Of a stretch of 64,000 bases of DNA, positions 26,413 to 39,771 are shown piece after piece. Location of the stretch: the NCBI RefSeq assembly GCF_023055435.1, contig NW_025964372.1, forward strand, positions 35,836,001 to 35,900,000, given 5' to 3'. Source of the DNA: Haliotis rufescens (taxonomy: Eukaryota). A program made the translations under genes and the position numbers. Position 1 is the first letter of the stretch; the number at the start of each line of letters is the position of its first letter. The notes below the pieces were generated by a model. The model ran no database searches. It was not told where the DNA came from and worked only from the letters and a program-made list of their open reading frames with translations.

Positions 26413-26457
26413 AGATGCCTCCCTTCAAAAAGAGGTTCAGCATATCCAATCCTCTAG
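26413..26457 (+). CDS. TBC1D2B: TBC1D2B-like exon 7 (EMPPFKKRFSISNPL)
   Basis: tctccttctcccag / G|GTAAAC, 45 nt, phase 1->1, in frame. Confidence 0.65.
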   Translation, partial: RCLPSKRGSAYPIL

Positions 26458-29011
26458 GTAAACCAACTGTCGTAGTGTCGTCGTATCACTTCCTGTACGT
26501 GCAGCACCTCCACACACGCTTCCTGTAGCCCCAACCTCACACACAAACTGCAGCAGTCCCTAGAACACACAAACTTCTCAAACACTCATTGAAAATAGCC
26601 ATCACTTCTCTTTTGACATCTGGATTTTCTGAAAATACAATAGGAGAAATCGCCTTTAACCATATACGATCCTTTAAATATTTCATATTTAACGTTTTTT
26701 ATAAAATAATTATATGAAAATATTTTGAATATATAGAAAAACGTACCTCTACAAAATGGCATTTTTTTCTGTGTTGACAAGTGTGTGTTTTCAAAGACTT
26801 AGCTCACCTGATCCTGTACAACATGCAGTGATTCATAGCTCACCTGAACTCAATACACCATACAGTGAGCAGCCTACATTCCACTTCAGAATCAGAATTG
26901 CTGAGTCTGCATTAATTCTTCAGCTGATAGTTTTGTCAGGTGTTTCTTCATGGCAACACTGGCTCACGTCAATGTCTTTATTTATAATTAAATATGATCT
27001 AGATTCTGTCGTTTTTTCACTTTTCTCTTGTGTTGTCGATGATTCTATATGTCGTTTGTGTGTTTATCCTATAAAGACATGTTTAAGAATTATATGTTAT
27101 AAGTTCATGGTGTTTATAAAATCAATGCGATATGGACTTGGTAACTTAAAAAAATTAAGCATTAGATGATGCTTATATGGCGGCTCCATTTCCACAATGC
27201 ATGATAATGCATAACCTTGAAATGCATATGAGTATTTATATAATGCATGTTGATAGAATGTTGCAAGATTCCTGCACCATGGCCTACCCATGCTTGGCAT
27301 ATTTTTTTTATTTTGCTTGTAACCCTCATTATCAGATTAGTACTTCCTGTTTCTGTACCTATTTGTGCGGTAAAATATTGATTGTATGTTGTATGTTTTC
27401 ATTTCCATATCCACTGCACATGCATGTCTGTTATTGAAATTACAAAATACAGTGTGATATGAAAATTAGATCTACAAATTTTAATAATTATGTCATGTAT
27501 CGTTAAATGCTTTTAGAAGCTTTTCTAACTTTGCAAGCAACACTGATAGTTTTGATAAGCTGCAATTTCGAATATCAGTTTCAAGATTGCACAATATTGA
27601 CACAATACACTACTGCACGGAAATATTGATTGATCTGGCCAGGGTTTGTTTAGTAGAAAATCATTATATAAGGGGTTACCTGCCCTTGTTTTCCTAGGTC
27701 AAGGCTGCCATCTGTTGAATATATTGTATACTATGCTTAATATTGATTTTATGTCATAGTCTGGTATAAATAATAGTGTACTAAATAATATTACTATAAA
27801 ACTGGCAAAATATGTGTGGTGGCCTATGATGTAGAATATTCACATAGAATTGTAATATGAGATGTATTTACTAATTATATATTAGTAGATATATATGTGT
27901 ATTTTTTTATTAACTGCAAGAACAGGTATTTGGGAGATAATCATCTTTAAAATTATTGGCTTGATGAAGGATTTATAAACATGTCATGGAAAGGATAAGG
28001 ATGAGGGGTGGCGAGGTGGACTGATATTCAGGTTAGATGTCAAAAGAAATATGTTAGTTTGGGAGGATTATCAATGAAATTGATAGTGATTTTACTGTCA
28101 AGATATTGATACTATTATGAAGATTTAAAAACAACAGCATATATCTAGTGAAGGTAGGGTCATGTATGAACAAATATTTGGAGCTTGTCACAAATAAAAA
28201 GTGATTATTATTAAAAAAATATCACCAGAGATTCAAAATGGCCTCCAATTTGGTTACTTACAAGTAGAACACTAACAAAATAGACATAATAGTCAGTCAT
28301 TATTCAATCTATGAAAAATTATTTGAACATGCAATAAATATATGAATATGCATTGGTAGCAATTTACATATTAGCATATAACCAGATATAATTCCTAGTG
28401 CAATAATAGTGAGTAATAACTGAATGATAAGTTTATGTATGCATGGTAGTACAGCACCACACAGCACAACACAGGATTGTGATTGGTTCAAACTTATATA
28501 TACTGCCTGTAGTTGTTATGTATTCTGTATCATATGAAATATTTTGATAAATTGATTTTCACTGTCACCATGAAATGTTATAAAAAGTCTTGCCTTGAGA
28601 TTGTCGTAGACCAGCCATGTTGAAGTATTTGTTGTTGGGACCCGGTAAGGTTTCTCAAGGCTGGACTACATATCAAACTGCTTTTCATTTTCAAATATGT
28701 TAAAATTCATTTTAGAAAATATGTTTTTTGTATACATGATTTTGATTGTAAAAAATCATATGTATGATCTGTGAGAGAATTGCAAAGATTAATAGATTGA
28801 AGATTGTAATTCATTTCAGAATTACTTTCTGAAGTGCTTTTGTTTAATTCGGACATGATTTTCAAAAAAGTTGTTTTGTGGACTTAATGTTTATGAAGAC
28901 AGAATTGACTGATTGATTTCAACAGGTGCTTCTGAAGTGAATTCTGTCTTCATCTTCCACCAGCAATGGCAGTAAATGATAAAGTCTGCATGTGTAACCT
29001 GCTCGTTTCAG

Positions 29012-29306
29012 AGATTCCGTCGTCCCTGTTTGCTCCGTATGCTCGACAGTTGTCCGTCAGCATGGACTCGTGTGAAACCAAGGCTAACGGCTACCGCCGA
29101 AGCTCCATGTACAATGGCGACTCTAGCAGCGGCAGCACCGCGGACAGCGATGAGTTGTATGGGGAGGAAGGACACACGAGGAGAAACAGATCAAAGGCTG
29201 ATGGGATGAAGAGGAAGATGAGACAGCAGACGTTTGATCAAGACAGCGACTGTGATCAGTATCAGAACTTTGATCTGTCTAGATCGGAGGAGAGGAACCG
29301 ACATAG
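29012..29306 (+). CDS. TBC1D2B: TBC1D2B-like exon 8 (EIPSSLFAPYARQLSVS...SEERNRH, Ser/Arg-rich linker)
   Basis: cgtttcag / AG|GTATGT, phase 1->2, lies within ORF 28966..29316. Confidence 0.85.
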
Positions 29307-29404
29307 GTATGTATGATGGTAGAGAAGTTTGTTCATAGTTCTGCTGTTGTGTGCTGTTTGCCAAAGGGGACGGGCCAGAGCTTTTGCTTAAGCTGCTTAA
29401 TGCT

Positions 29405-29680
29405 TTGGCCAAACTAGTGGGCAAAATGTCAATCTGGTGGACAAAATGGCCAAACTAGTGGGCAAAATGTCAGTCTGGTGGACAAAATGGCCAAACTAGT
29501 GGGCAAAATGTCAATCTGTCAGACAAATTGGCCAAACTAGTGGGCAAAATGTCAATCTGTCGGACATAATGACCAAACTAGTGGGCAAAATGTCAATCTG
29601 TCGGACAAAATGGCCAAACTAGTGGGCAAAATATCAATCTGTCGGACAAAATGGCCAATCTGATGGACAAAATGGTCAAA
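29405..29680. repeat. 41-bp tandem repeat, about 6.5 copies
   Basis: tggccaaactagtgggcaaaatgtcaatctgtcggacaaaa. Confidence 0.9.
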
Positions 29681-30227
29681 TGGTTTAATGAAGTTTGTCT
29701 TCTTGAACAATTACTGCTTTGACATTAGGACTTTCTTGAACTTTGTCTTCTGGTACAGTTACTGATATAACAGTCTGGACCTAAATCAAAATCACACAAA
29801 ATGCAGTGGCATCGATTTCACCTGTTTATTAATGGTAGCCTCAAAGTAGTTAGTTCTTTGAAAAATATTCAAAATACAATATGAAGCAGAGTTTACCATA
29901 TTGGACTTTGATGTTTGCAACTGTGTTAAATGTCATTGTATTTATGTAAACTTGATATATTGATATCCGATTTAATTCATTCATGTGTACACTCCATCAG
30001 GTCAGTCCTCTGTTGCCGTCATGCTTCAGGTTCAAATCAATGGCAACAATGGTATCATTCTGTTGCCAAGATCAAATATTTGATGTTCTACACATGGTTG
30101 TTGTATAAATCTGTATTGATTCAACAGAATTTCTGTCACATATCCTCTGGTATATGTATGTCATATGTGTAAAGTCCGAGATGAAGAAGTGGGTGATGTT
30201 TGTAAGACATGATCTGGTTTATGATAG

Positions 30228-30320
30228 TTCGATGTCTGCGTCCAGTGATTCTGCCATCGATAAAGGGGAGATGGGGTCACAAGAGCTAGGCAGAATCTCA
30301 GAGCTGGAGAAGGACTTGAT
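30228..30320 (+). CDS. TBC1D2B: TBC1D2B-like exon 9 (SMSASSDSAIDKGEMGSQELGRISELEKDL)
   Basis: tttatgatag / gtgagt, 93 nt, phase 2->2, leads into the coiled coil. Confidence 0.8.
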
Positions 30321-30745
30321 GTGAGTATAGCACTGCATGTTCACCTTATGAATAACTAACTCCCACATTGTGGTTTTGTGTGTGGATGGATTTTGGGCAA
30401 AAGGTTGAAGACTGGTGGGTGCTTGTCTCTCTGTAGACTTTGATGTGAGAATAAGGCAGTGAGTTCATCTTATGGATAATGAGCTCCCACATTGTGGTTT
30501 TGTGTGTGGATGGATATAGGGCAAAAGGTTGAAGACTGATGGGTGCTTGTCTCACTGTAGACTTTGATGTGAAAAATAAGGCAGTGAGTTCACCTTATGG
30601 ATAATTAGCTCCCACATTTGGATTTTGTGTATGGATGGATATAGGGCAAAAGGTTGAAGACTGGTGGGTGCTTGTCTCACTGTAGACTTTGATGTGAGAA
30701 TAAGGCAGTCAGTTCACCTTATTCATAATTAGTTCACACATTGTT
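30313..30745. repeat. About 124-bp tandem repeat, about 3.5 copies, containing the exon 9 donor junction; followed by a 41-bp repeat to about 30920
   Basis: gact(t)tgatgtgag recurs at about 30313, 30436, 30560 and 30685. Confidence 0.85.
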
Positions 30746-31769
30746 GCTGTTATTGTATGAAAGCTGTGGTGTTAAAAGGTTGAATGTTGCTGTTATTGTA
30801 TGAAAGCTGTGGTGTTTAATGTTGAATGTTGCTGTTGTTGTATGAAAGCTGTGGTGTTTAATGTTGAATGTTGCTGCTGTTGTATGAAAGCTGTTGCGTT
30901 TAATGTTGAATGTTGCTGAGATGTGGCAGGATGTGTGGTTGCTTATCTGACTATAAAGTTAGTTGTGAATAGCACAGTTAGTTCAATTATACATAATTAG
31001 TTCACGTATTATCATGGGTATAGTTTGGAGTTAGGGGTTGAAAATATTGTTTATGAGACATGGGGTAGTCTTTTGCATGTTCCATTCCCATTTGTGCCCC
31101 CATTGCAATCCTGTGTCTGTCAGCACTCTACTCATGATAATAATATAATGATGATGGTGGTGATGGTGATGGTGATGGTGGTTGTGGTGGGTGGTGATGA
31201 TTCTGAGAACAAACAGTTATTTCATGGCAAGAGGAAACAGGTGATCTTATACATTGTGTAAGAGTTATGTCCCTTATGCCATGACAGGATCTGCTTGCTG
31301 TTTGTTTTGACCCCAAAGCAGTACTATACTTATGGGTTCCACTTAAGTGGTAAATATCTAAAACTTGATCATTTAACACTTTTCTGCCATATAAAGCTAA
31401 CATTCAGAGATCTAAATGAAATACTGATGAAAAAAGCATGAATGTAACTGTCATTTCTTAACTGTAAATAACTTGCTAGGAAAGCCTCTCATATACCTGT
31501 AATCCTATTTTGAGCTGCAAGAGGCTTATGTGCATAAGTCATTGCATGAATGAAATATTAACAGGCATGGTAACTTTAATTATTCATTAACTTCATGGAG
31601 TATATTCATGAAATTAATACTGTCTGTGTTTGAGAGTGTAGTGTAGCTTATAGGTATGCATTGGCTGACATCTCGTGGAAAAGAAATTCATTTTGTCACA
31701 TCTTACTGGAAGCCATTATATAGCATATATTGTTTGATTCTTGATCTTAAGTGTATTTTGTATGGTGAT

Positions 31770-32235
31770 GGAGACGGTGATGATGATGATATATCTGAAT
31801 ACACAAGTTGTATACGGCACATATATCTATCCAGTGAGTGAGTGAGTGAGTTGGGTTTAACGCTGCTTTGAACAATATTCCAGTTATACCACAGCGTACT
31901 AGCTTAATGTGGGAGGAAAGCCCAAAGTGATCCAGGTCTCAGATGTTAACCTACATAAAAAGGTTGTATACGACACATATATCTGTCTAAAGTGAGTGAG
32001 ATGATGATGATGATGAGGAGGAGGAGGAGGAGGACAGGATATATCTGAATACACAAGTTGTATACGCACATATATCTATCTAGAGTGAGTGAGAGGCTAA
32101 GTTGGGTTTAACGCTACCTTGAACAATATTACAGTTATACCACAGCGTGTCAGCTTAATGTGGGAGGAAAGCCCGAAGTGATACAGGTCTCAGATGTTAA
32201 CCTACAGAAAAAAGTTGTATACGGCACATATATCA
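31770..32235 (-). mobile_element. Tandemly duplicated unit (about 250 bp) containing a SINE B 3' fragment and its flanking direct repeat
   Basis: Two copies of gatatatctgaatacacaagttgtatacg...SINE...cagatgttaacctaca..gttgtatacg. Confidence 0.8.
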
Positions 32236-33769
32236 GTATGAGTCACTCATGATAAATCCATGTCCAGGGTCCCCGCAACAGCTGCAGCAAGGAGAGGCCA
32301 TTGATCAGACACAGCATAACAATGCAAAGAAACTTTTCAGAATAATGATTAAAACCCTTGTAACCATGGAGGACATGGAGAGTACTTCGGCGCTTTCAGA
32401 GACGATGTCGGGAGTTGTTTGGGTGAACTTTATGTTGGACAATGCCACTGACTGGAACTATAGTTGATCCACCTTCTATACACAACCTAAACTGCAGGTG
32501 TCTCATGCATTACCTGTCTGTGGTGTACGGTGTTGAGAACATGGAGAAGTTACGTCTGTGGCACAGGTACACGTGGGCAAATGTCAGTCTGCAAGTAGCC
32601 AAGTAATGGCAGACAGGGCTGTTTCCCCTTAGCACAGCTGCATGGTCTCTCGAGACGACAACGAGATCGTAATTGGTTTTCAAACACCGGTACGTTGTTT
32701 TGAGAGAGCAACCCTTCTGGGATTAAACATAACAAATTTTCACTATGTTTTTCGCCAGTGTATATTTTTCATAATGATTTCCGTATTGTGTCATTATAGA
32801 CTTCCCGCATCATACTTTTTTCGGCCAACACGGTGAAAGGCTGCAAATATATAAGATACAGCTTTCTGGTTTAATGACACAATTCTGCCTTATTTACATG
32901 TAGAAGTTTTGAAGATATTAATGTATAAACATGACTAAAGGACTGAATGACACAATTGTCTTGAACTCATAGGAGGAAAAAGGTCCCATGATTTGAGAGC
33001 TAATATTTCATTACATTTAATCCCGGAATGGTTGTTCTCCTAAACAACAAACCTGCGTTTGGTAACCCAACACATCATTACATTTCAATACGTGTTAGCC
33101 ATAGATAGAATATATGCCATGTCTGACGTGCATGCTGAATCTTGATCAGTTAAATAAAGCAAAACTGCTGTTGACGTGGGTTGAGATAAACATATTTCTT
33201 TTTTTGTCATTGACTCCACTTCAAAGTCACAATGCTTTTATTGATCCTGTTGAAATCAGGTGAACAGTCTCACACATGACTGATTCTGTGTAGTGCTCCT
33301 TTGTGGCCCCATTGTGCCCCATCGTATCCCATCATGCCTCACCATATCCCATCATGCCCCATTATTCGCCAATGTCATGGGTTGGTGCCTAGTCACTGTT
33401 TTGCCTGTTCCATGCTTGAATACTTACAGGTTCTGATAATATTTCTGCCGTGACACAAAACAACATACAATGAAATATAAGCAGGATTCTGAGTGTGTTG
33501 CTGTGATATGCCACTCACCTGTTACCTAGATTCAGTGTTAGCTGTAGAGCATGCCTGACATATCAGATGGATTGTGAGTGTGTCCCTGTGGTGCCACTCA
33601 TCTATATTCTGTTATCGGTCAATCTTTCAGCTGACTCTGCAAAACAGCTTGTCTTTGTATACAGTAACATATGGCTTCAGGTGACCTCGGTATTGCCGAT
33701 TTAGGAAACATATCTGTTTTATATCTCATCAGGCTAAGGAACTTTTTAGGTGTCAGTTTTCCTGTTTCC

Positions 33770-34110
33770 AACAGATGAAGTTTGTTAATATTAAATGTCA
33801 TTTCCTATTTAAATATTAAATATCCAAATTTAATTTTGTTTAATATTTTAATAGAAATTTGAGAATTAAATCTTTCGTAAAAATATATATGAAATTTGCT
33901 AATATTAAATGCCATTTCTTATTTAAATATTAAATATCAAAATTTAATTTTTTAAATATTTTAATTGAAATTTGAGAATTAAAAACTTTCATAAAAGATA
34001 GATGAAATTTGTTAATATTAAATGCCATTTCTATATGAAATTAAATTTCCGAATTTAATTTGGTTTAATATTTTTATGGCAATTTGAGTATTAAATTCTT
34101 TTGTAAAAAA
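33770..34110. repeat. AT-rich about 117-bp tandem repeat, about 3 copies
   Basis: gaaatttgttaatattaaatgccattt...aaatttgagaattaaa recurs. Confidence 0.85.
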
Positions 34111-34732
34111 TAAGAACATCTTATGGCTGTTGCATGACAGTAGAGGGATGCATGGTCTTATATGCCTCATGGTATGACGCTGAGAGATGCTGATTGAAAT
34201 AAAGTACCGGTAGTTGTCTGATATCGTTTGTGTGGGACGTACAGGTGGCAGGTGCAGGATGAGTGAGCTAGTGTTAATATCTGATAAAGCTTTAACGTAA
34301 GACCTTGTGTTATCCTATAAGCCCCAAGTTGTAAGGTTGCAATATGCTGTATCGATTATAGTCAGGCCACTGTCAGGGCAATACTTGCTTATCTTATCTG
34401 TGTCTGTTGGTGCATATGGCTGGTTGCTACAGGAGTGGTGGGGATTGTTTTAGAGTGAGTGTGTTGGGTCCAATCCTGCTTTGGACAGTGGTCAAGTTAT
34501 GTCTGTTCCACGACATGGTTCGACTGTCCTAAGGATATTTTGGTGACATTCATGATTGCATTTATACAGTATACAGCAAAAGGCAGCCGCTGTTCATACT
34601 AAATTGAATGATATAAAAGTAGCTAGCGTGGTCGTGTCATCTATCAGTTTGACATACATGTTTTATAGTCATATTGATGTGCGGGAAGGATTTATCTACG
34701 ATAATTATTGATAAGTTTTGTAACTTTGAACA

Positions 34733-35070
34733 AGGTGAGGTGAAATGGGTTTAACACCACGTTCTAGATGATTGCACTTGTAAAGCGACGTGCATACATG
34801 TGTGTGTGGCTGCGTGTATTAGTCTAGGTTTATGCTGGTTTTATAGTGCTAGCCCACTGAGATTACGTGCCACAGGTTAACATGGATACCCCTCTCAGAC
34901 ACATAGCATTTACTCTGAGCCAACCAGCCCTTGTGTTATCCATTTAATGCTTGAACATCAGGCAGGGTAACAACAAGTATCATCATTTAATGTCAGATGT
35001 GGTCAGGAGATTGAACCACCGACCTTCTACTCTCAGGGCAGATGTTCTAACCTCTAGACCACAGAGGCAG
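34733..35070 (-). mobile_element. tRNA-derived SINE family D, (TCACC)n tail; fragments at about 5958-6030, 47990-48205, 59845-59900
   Basis: Minus strand reads gtggtctagaggttagaa...ggttcaatc (A/B-box-like) and ends ...gtgttaaacccatttcacctcacc. Confidence 0.65.
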
Positions 35071-35222
35071 TCCTTTATACAAGGGACACATAATATTTGG
35101 CATAATATCAACATGTTTATAGCAGCCTCCCGTTTGTAAAAACATTTGCCATGAACTCCTCCTCTGTATGTGAATGTTACCTTGCGATGACCTTGGGATG
35201 ACCTTGGGATGCTGTGTTTCAG

Positions 35223-35369
35223 AGCCACCAAGTGTGAGCTGGCCAAGGTGATGAACCGACAGACTTGTTACCAGGACATCCTCAAACAGAAGGATGAAAT
35301 CATCCTGGACCTTGACGAGAAGCTGGGGCAGCTGGGCCACGGGGACCAGGCCTATGACAGCAAGAAGAG
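35223..35369 (+). CDS. TBC1D2B: TBC1D2B-like exon 10 (ATKCELAKVMNRQTCYQDILKQKDEIILDLDEKL..., coiled coil)
   Basis: gtttcag / AG|GTACAG, phase 2->2. Confidence 0.88.
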
Positions 35370-36357
35370 GTACAGTACTCCTCAAAGTGAAGATGTTTTT
35401 TTTTGTTTTTTTGGGGTTTTACTCCGCACTCAGCAATATTCCAGCTATATGACGGCAGTCTGGAGTCTGGACCAGACAATCGAGTGATTGACATCATGAA
35501 CATCAATCCACGCAATTGGGAATGATGACATGCATCAACCAAGTCAGCGAGCCTGACCACCTGATCCCGTTAGTCGCCTTTTACGACAAGCATGGGTTGC
35601 TGAAGACCTATTCTACCCCGGATCTTCACGGGTCTCGAAGTGAAGAAATTGCAAGCAATGCCATGGCATTTGATTGGCTAACCAAGCACTTTTTTTGGCG
35701 TTTATGTTCCCGTAAGCCAAAAAATATATTAGACCACACCCTTGAACAGACTATTATTTCCTGATTGCTTGATAATATTAGTCTGGGATGTTATTATTGT
35801 TGACATATTTATTTATAAGAATTAGCTTCAATATGTTTCTGTCTTTATGGAGTTATAAACGTAAAAAAATGGTGTGAATGCTTTGGGTTATTCCACTACA
35901 TGGATTTAGTCAGTATGTGCACAGTTTTTTACCTCCATAAATGAGAACAAAAATACGTCAATTCTTAATTATTCTGGTATTTTTCACATCATGGACACAA
36001 GCTAACAATTATGATCACTGGATTGTCTGGTCCAGACTCGATTAGTTACAGGCTGCCGTCATGTAGCTGTAATATTGCTGACTATGGCTTTAAACAAACA
36101 AACAAACAAACAAACAAACAAAAGTTAAGGTAGCCTAGAGATTGAACATTAACTTTAAATTCCAAAATGCCAGGTTCAAAATTCTCCTTGTTGGTATTTT
36201 CCAACCAAAGTGACTGGAACTTCGTCCTGAGCGGCGGAACATAATACTCCCCCCCCCCCCCCCACTGCACCGCTCCCATGATGTTGTCTTGCTGTATGTT
36301 TTGTTGTGTAGCTGTTGATGACATGATGCTATCCTCATCAATATATCTGGCTTGCAG

Positions 36358-36492
36358 AACAACCAAAGTATCAAAAGAGTTTCAGGAGAGAGTTCGAGTC
36401 TTACAAAACCAGAACCGTTTCCTGAATGAGGAGGTGAAACGCCTGGCCAAACTGCGGAGTAGCGATCAGGTGGTCTTCACAGAGCAAGACAG
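36358..36492 (+). CDS. TBC1D2B: TBC1D2B-like exon 11 (TTKVSKEFQERVRVLQNQNRFLNEEVKRLAKL...)
   Basis: cttgcag / AG|GTAGGA. QNRFLNEEV resembles the QNxFLNxE coiled-coil motif of the TBC1D2 family (from memory). Confidence 0.92.
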
Positions 36493-37033
36493 GTAGGACT
36501 ACAGGAGACACATGTGTTGTGTATAGTATGATGAGAAAGTGTAGAATAATTACACGTTGTGATTCCAGGAAAGAATATAGGCGAATGTGGCTGAGGTCAG
36601 ACTTTTTGTTTTGATTTACAGGTTTTAGTCCAAAACTTCAGGTTGTCAGGTCAAAAATATCATAATTTCAATTTCAAATATATTTTTGAAATTTCCTCTC
36701 ATGATTCGTCGTAATTCATTGTTTTTTTAAGTTGTTATGATAAATATTGAACAGGTTTCAATTATAGTATTTCAAATAAAGTATTTATAGCGACAGTAAA
36801 TGAGGTGTAAATGAGGTGTTTTTCTAAAGTTAACTTATTTTTGTAAAACACTGCTTTTCATTCATTTCACATTTCAAATTTTGTGAATCAGCATATTTGT
36901 AAAGCAAGTTTTGAAAAGGTTCTGGCCAGAGTTGGGTAACAAAATCATAACATAATGTTATTCTGATAATTTGTGTAAATTGTGGAAGCCAATTTGAATG
37001 ATAAATCTTGACCATCCCTCCCTATTTGTGCAG

Positions 37034-37166
37034 CAAGCTCCATGTCCTGGAGGCGGACATCGAGAAGTGGAAGTTCGACTACGTCTCCCTCATACAGTCC
37101 AGCATCCGCTTCACTGGGACTGACACCATGGACGACGCAGAGTTGTCACTCTTTGGTGGGGACAGG
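37034..37166 (+). CDS. TBC1D2B: TBC1D2B-like exon 12 (KLHVLEADIEKWKFDYVSLIQSS...GGDR)
   Basis: ttgtgcag / gtgagt, phase 2->0. Confidence 0.9.
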
Positions 37167-37522
37167 GTGAGTGAGGGATGCTGGGTAATTCAGCTGGGGT
37201 ATGAGTGTAGAACTGCTTCAAGAAAGGGCAGCCATGACTATTAATGACCATTTTGCTTATAGATAGTTAGATTGATGCGAATGTAAAGTTGTCTCCCTTA
37301 ACAGTGCTGCAAATCAGTTCAAATCTCTAATTTGCAACTTTTGGCCAATTTATGAACATTTTTATCCTTTGGGGTTGATAACAATAAAAATATTGTTGAC
37401 ACTCTATTCTGTATATTTGATTTCTGAGAAAAATATTATTAATTGATATTGTAGTGTTTTTGATATAAAGTACTGATGTTTGTAGGTTCTGACTATCATG
37501 TTTGAACTTCATTCTTTTCTAG

Positions 37523-37593
37523 CACAAGATCAGAGTTCAAAAGCTTCTCGATGATGCCAGGAAGATCAACCCAAGTTTGCCCACATATGAAAG
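37523..37593 (+). CDS. TBC1D2B: TBC1D2B-like exon 13 (HKIRVQKLLDDARKINPSLPTYE)
   Basis: ttcttttctag / AG|GTATTT, phase 0->2. Confidence 0.88.
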
Positions 37594-38596
37594 GTATTTT
37601 ATAGCAGCTTCATAACAGGCAGGGAAATTGTTTTGGACAGGAGTTGCCTCCCTTAGAATATAGCCTGTTTCCAGCACCTCGCTGATGAATCTAAATATTC
37701 ATAATCATGATCTTTATGAATGGTCATAGTTTTACAGAAACCTTGATTACCCTTCAAAAATTAATAATGATTAGGCTGCACAACATGAATTGAATCACCA
37801 TGTTTGGAAAATGTATCATCCTTATCTAATTTAATGCCACAATAAATTAATTTTTAGACTTTCCAAATTTTTCAAAGATCTTAGGCATCAGCCATTTTTA
37901 TTTTTTTAAACAAAACTGTTCAAGGCATCTGTGTTAATTAACAGTCAATGTTTTTTATTCGCATGAATATTTGGTTGGACTACGATACTGTAATCAAGTA
38001 AAGAATATGGGGACACATGCAGCAATGTACTTTGTCTGTAGGCGCTTGAGGATAATAGAATATTATATCCGGGTCAAGATTTTCAAAATGATCTTATTTA
38101 AGATTCATCAAAAAGGTATGTTGTTTCACACTTCTGTAAGAATAGACTGGGATAGAAATTATTTTCTGTTGACTCGATAGTTAAGAGAATCGCTGTCACT
38201 AGTAACAACATTTCCGACGTGAAATCTTTGATGCGTTCTTTGTGTATAAGAAGGGTCGATTTGAATCACACAGCTTAACAAAATGAAATGTCAATGTTTC
38301 AGCAAATGCAGGTTATTTGTTTAAAAAGTATCTGCAGCAAAGTATGCCACCATCTTGAATTAAATTCAATAAACTTACGACAGGTATGGACCTATCTTAG
38401 ATTTACGACATTCTTGCGATGTCTTAGGGCTACGATAGTTTTGAAAATAGGCTATGACAGTGTATGTTTGCCTTACGATGACTTTACAGTAACCTCAAGG
38501 CTAAGATTGTTATGAAGATCTAGATCCATCAGGGTTCGTAGTTAAGACAAGCATGAATGAAAGTGTAACAACTGATTGATGACAACATATGTGATA

Positions 38597-39771
38597 CGTG
38601 TCCTGCTCCAGTGCGTCAGTGTTGTGTGTGTTGTAGACTGGCGAATCACGACGTCCACGTGTCCTGCTCCAGTGTGTCAGTGTTGTGTGTGTTGTAGACT
38701 GGCGAATCATGACGTCCACGTGTCCTGCTCCAGTGTGTCAGTGTTGTGTGTGTTGTAGACTGGCGAATCATGACGTCCACGTGTCCTGCTCCAGTGCGTC
38801 AGTGTTGTGTGTGTTGTAGACTGGCGAATCATGACGTCCACGTGTCCTGCTCCAGTGTGTCAGTGTTGTGTGTGTTGTAGACTGGCGAATCATGACGTCC
38901 ACGTGGACTGCTCCAGTGTGTCAGTGTTGTGTGTGTTGTAGACTGGCGAATCATGACGTCCACGTGGACTGCTCCAGTGTGTCAGTGTTGTGTGTGTTGT
39001 AGACTGGCGAATCACGACGTCCTGGTGTCCTGCTCCATTGTGTCAGTGTTGTGTGTGTTGTAGACTGGCGAATCACGACGTCCTGGTGTCCTGCTCCATT
39101 GTGTCAGTGTTGTGTGTGTTGTAGACTGGCGAATCACGACATCCTGGTGTCCTGCTCCAGTGTGTCAGTGTTGTGTGTGTTGTAGACTGGCGAATCACGA
39201 CGTCCACGTGTCCTGCTCCAGTGTGTCAGTGTTGTGTGTGTTGTAGACTGGCGAATCATGACGTCCACGTGTCCTGCTCCAGTGTGTCAGTGTTGTGTGT
39301 GTTGTAGACTGGCGAATCACGACGTCCACGTGTCCTGCTCTAGTGTGTCAGTGTTGTGTGTGTTGTAGACTGGCGAATCACGACGTCCACGTGTCCTGCT
39401 CCATTGTGTCAGTGTTGTGTGTGTTGTAGACTGGCGAATCACGACGTCCACGTGTTCGGCTGCAGTGCGTCTGTGTTGTGTGTGTTGTAGACTGGCGAAT
39501 CATGACGTCCACATGTCCTGCTCCAGTGTGTCAGTGTTGTGTGTGTTGTAGACTGGCAAATCACGACGTCCACGTGTCCTGCTCCAGTGTGTCAGTGTTG
39601 TGTGTGTTGTAGACTGGCGAATCATGACGTCCACGTGGACTGCTCCAGTGTGTCAGTGTTGTGTGTGTTGTAGACTGGCGAATCATGACGTCCACGTGTC
39701 CTGCTCTAGTGTGTCAGTGTTGTGTGTGTTGTAGACTGGCGAATCACGACGTTCTGTTGTGTGTGTTGTAG
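38597..39771. repeat. 61-bp minisatellite, about 19 copies, built from the exon 14 acceptor and exon start
   Basis: Unit gtgtcctgctccagtgtgtcagtgttgtgtgtgttgtag|actggcgaatcaygacgtccac. Confidence 0.95.

Noticed and set aside
26458-27450. Possible alternative terminal exon (read-through of exon 7 to a stop at 26528, giving a PH-only isoform)
   Set aside because: Only UTR-like texture; no nearby clear poly(A) signal, so it cannot be supported without transcripts.
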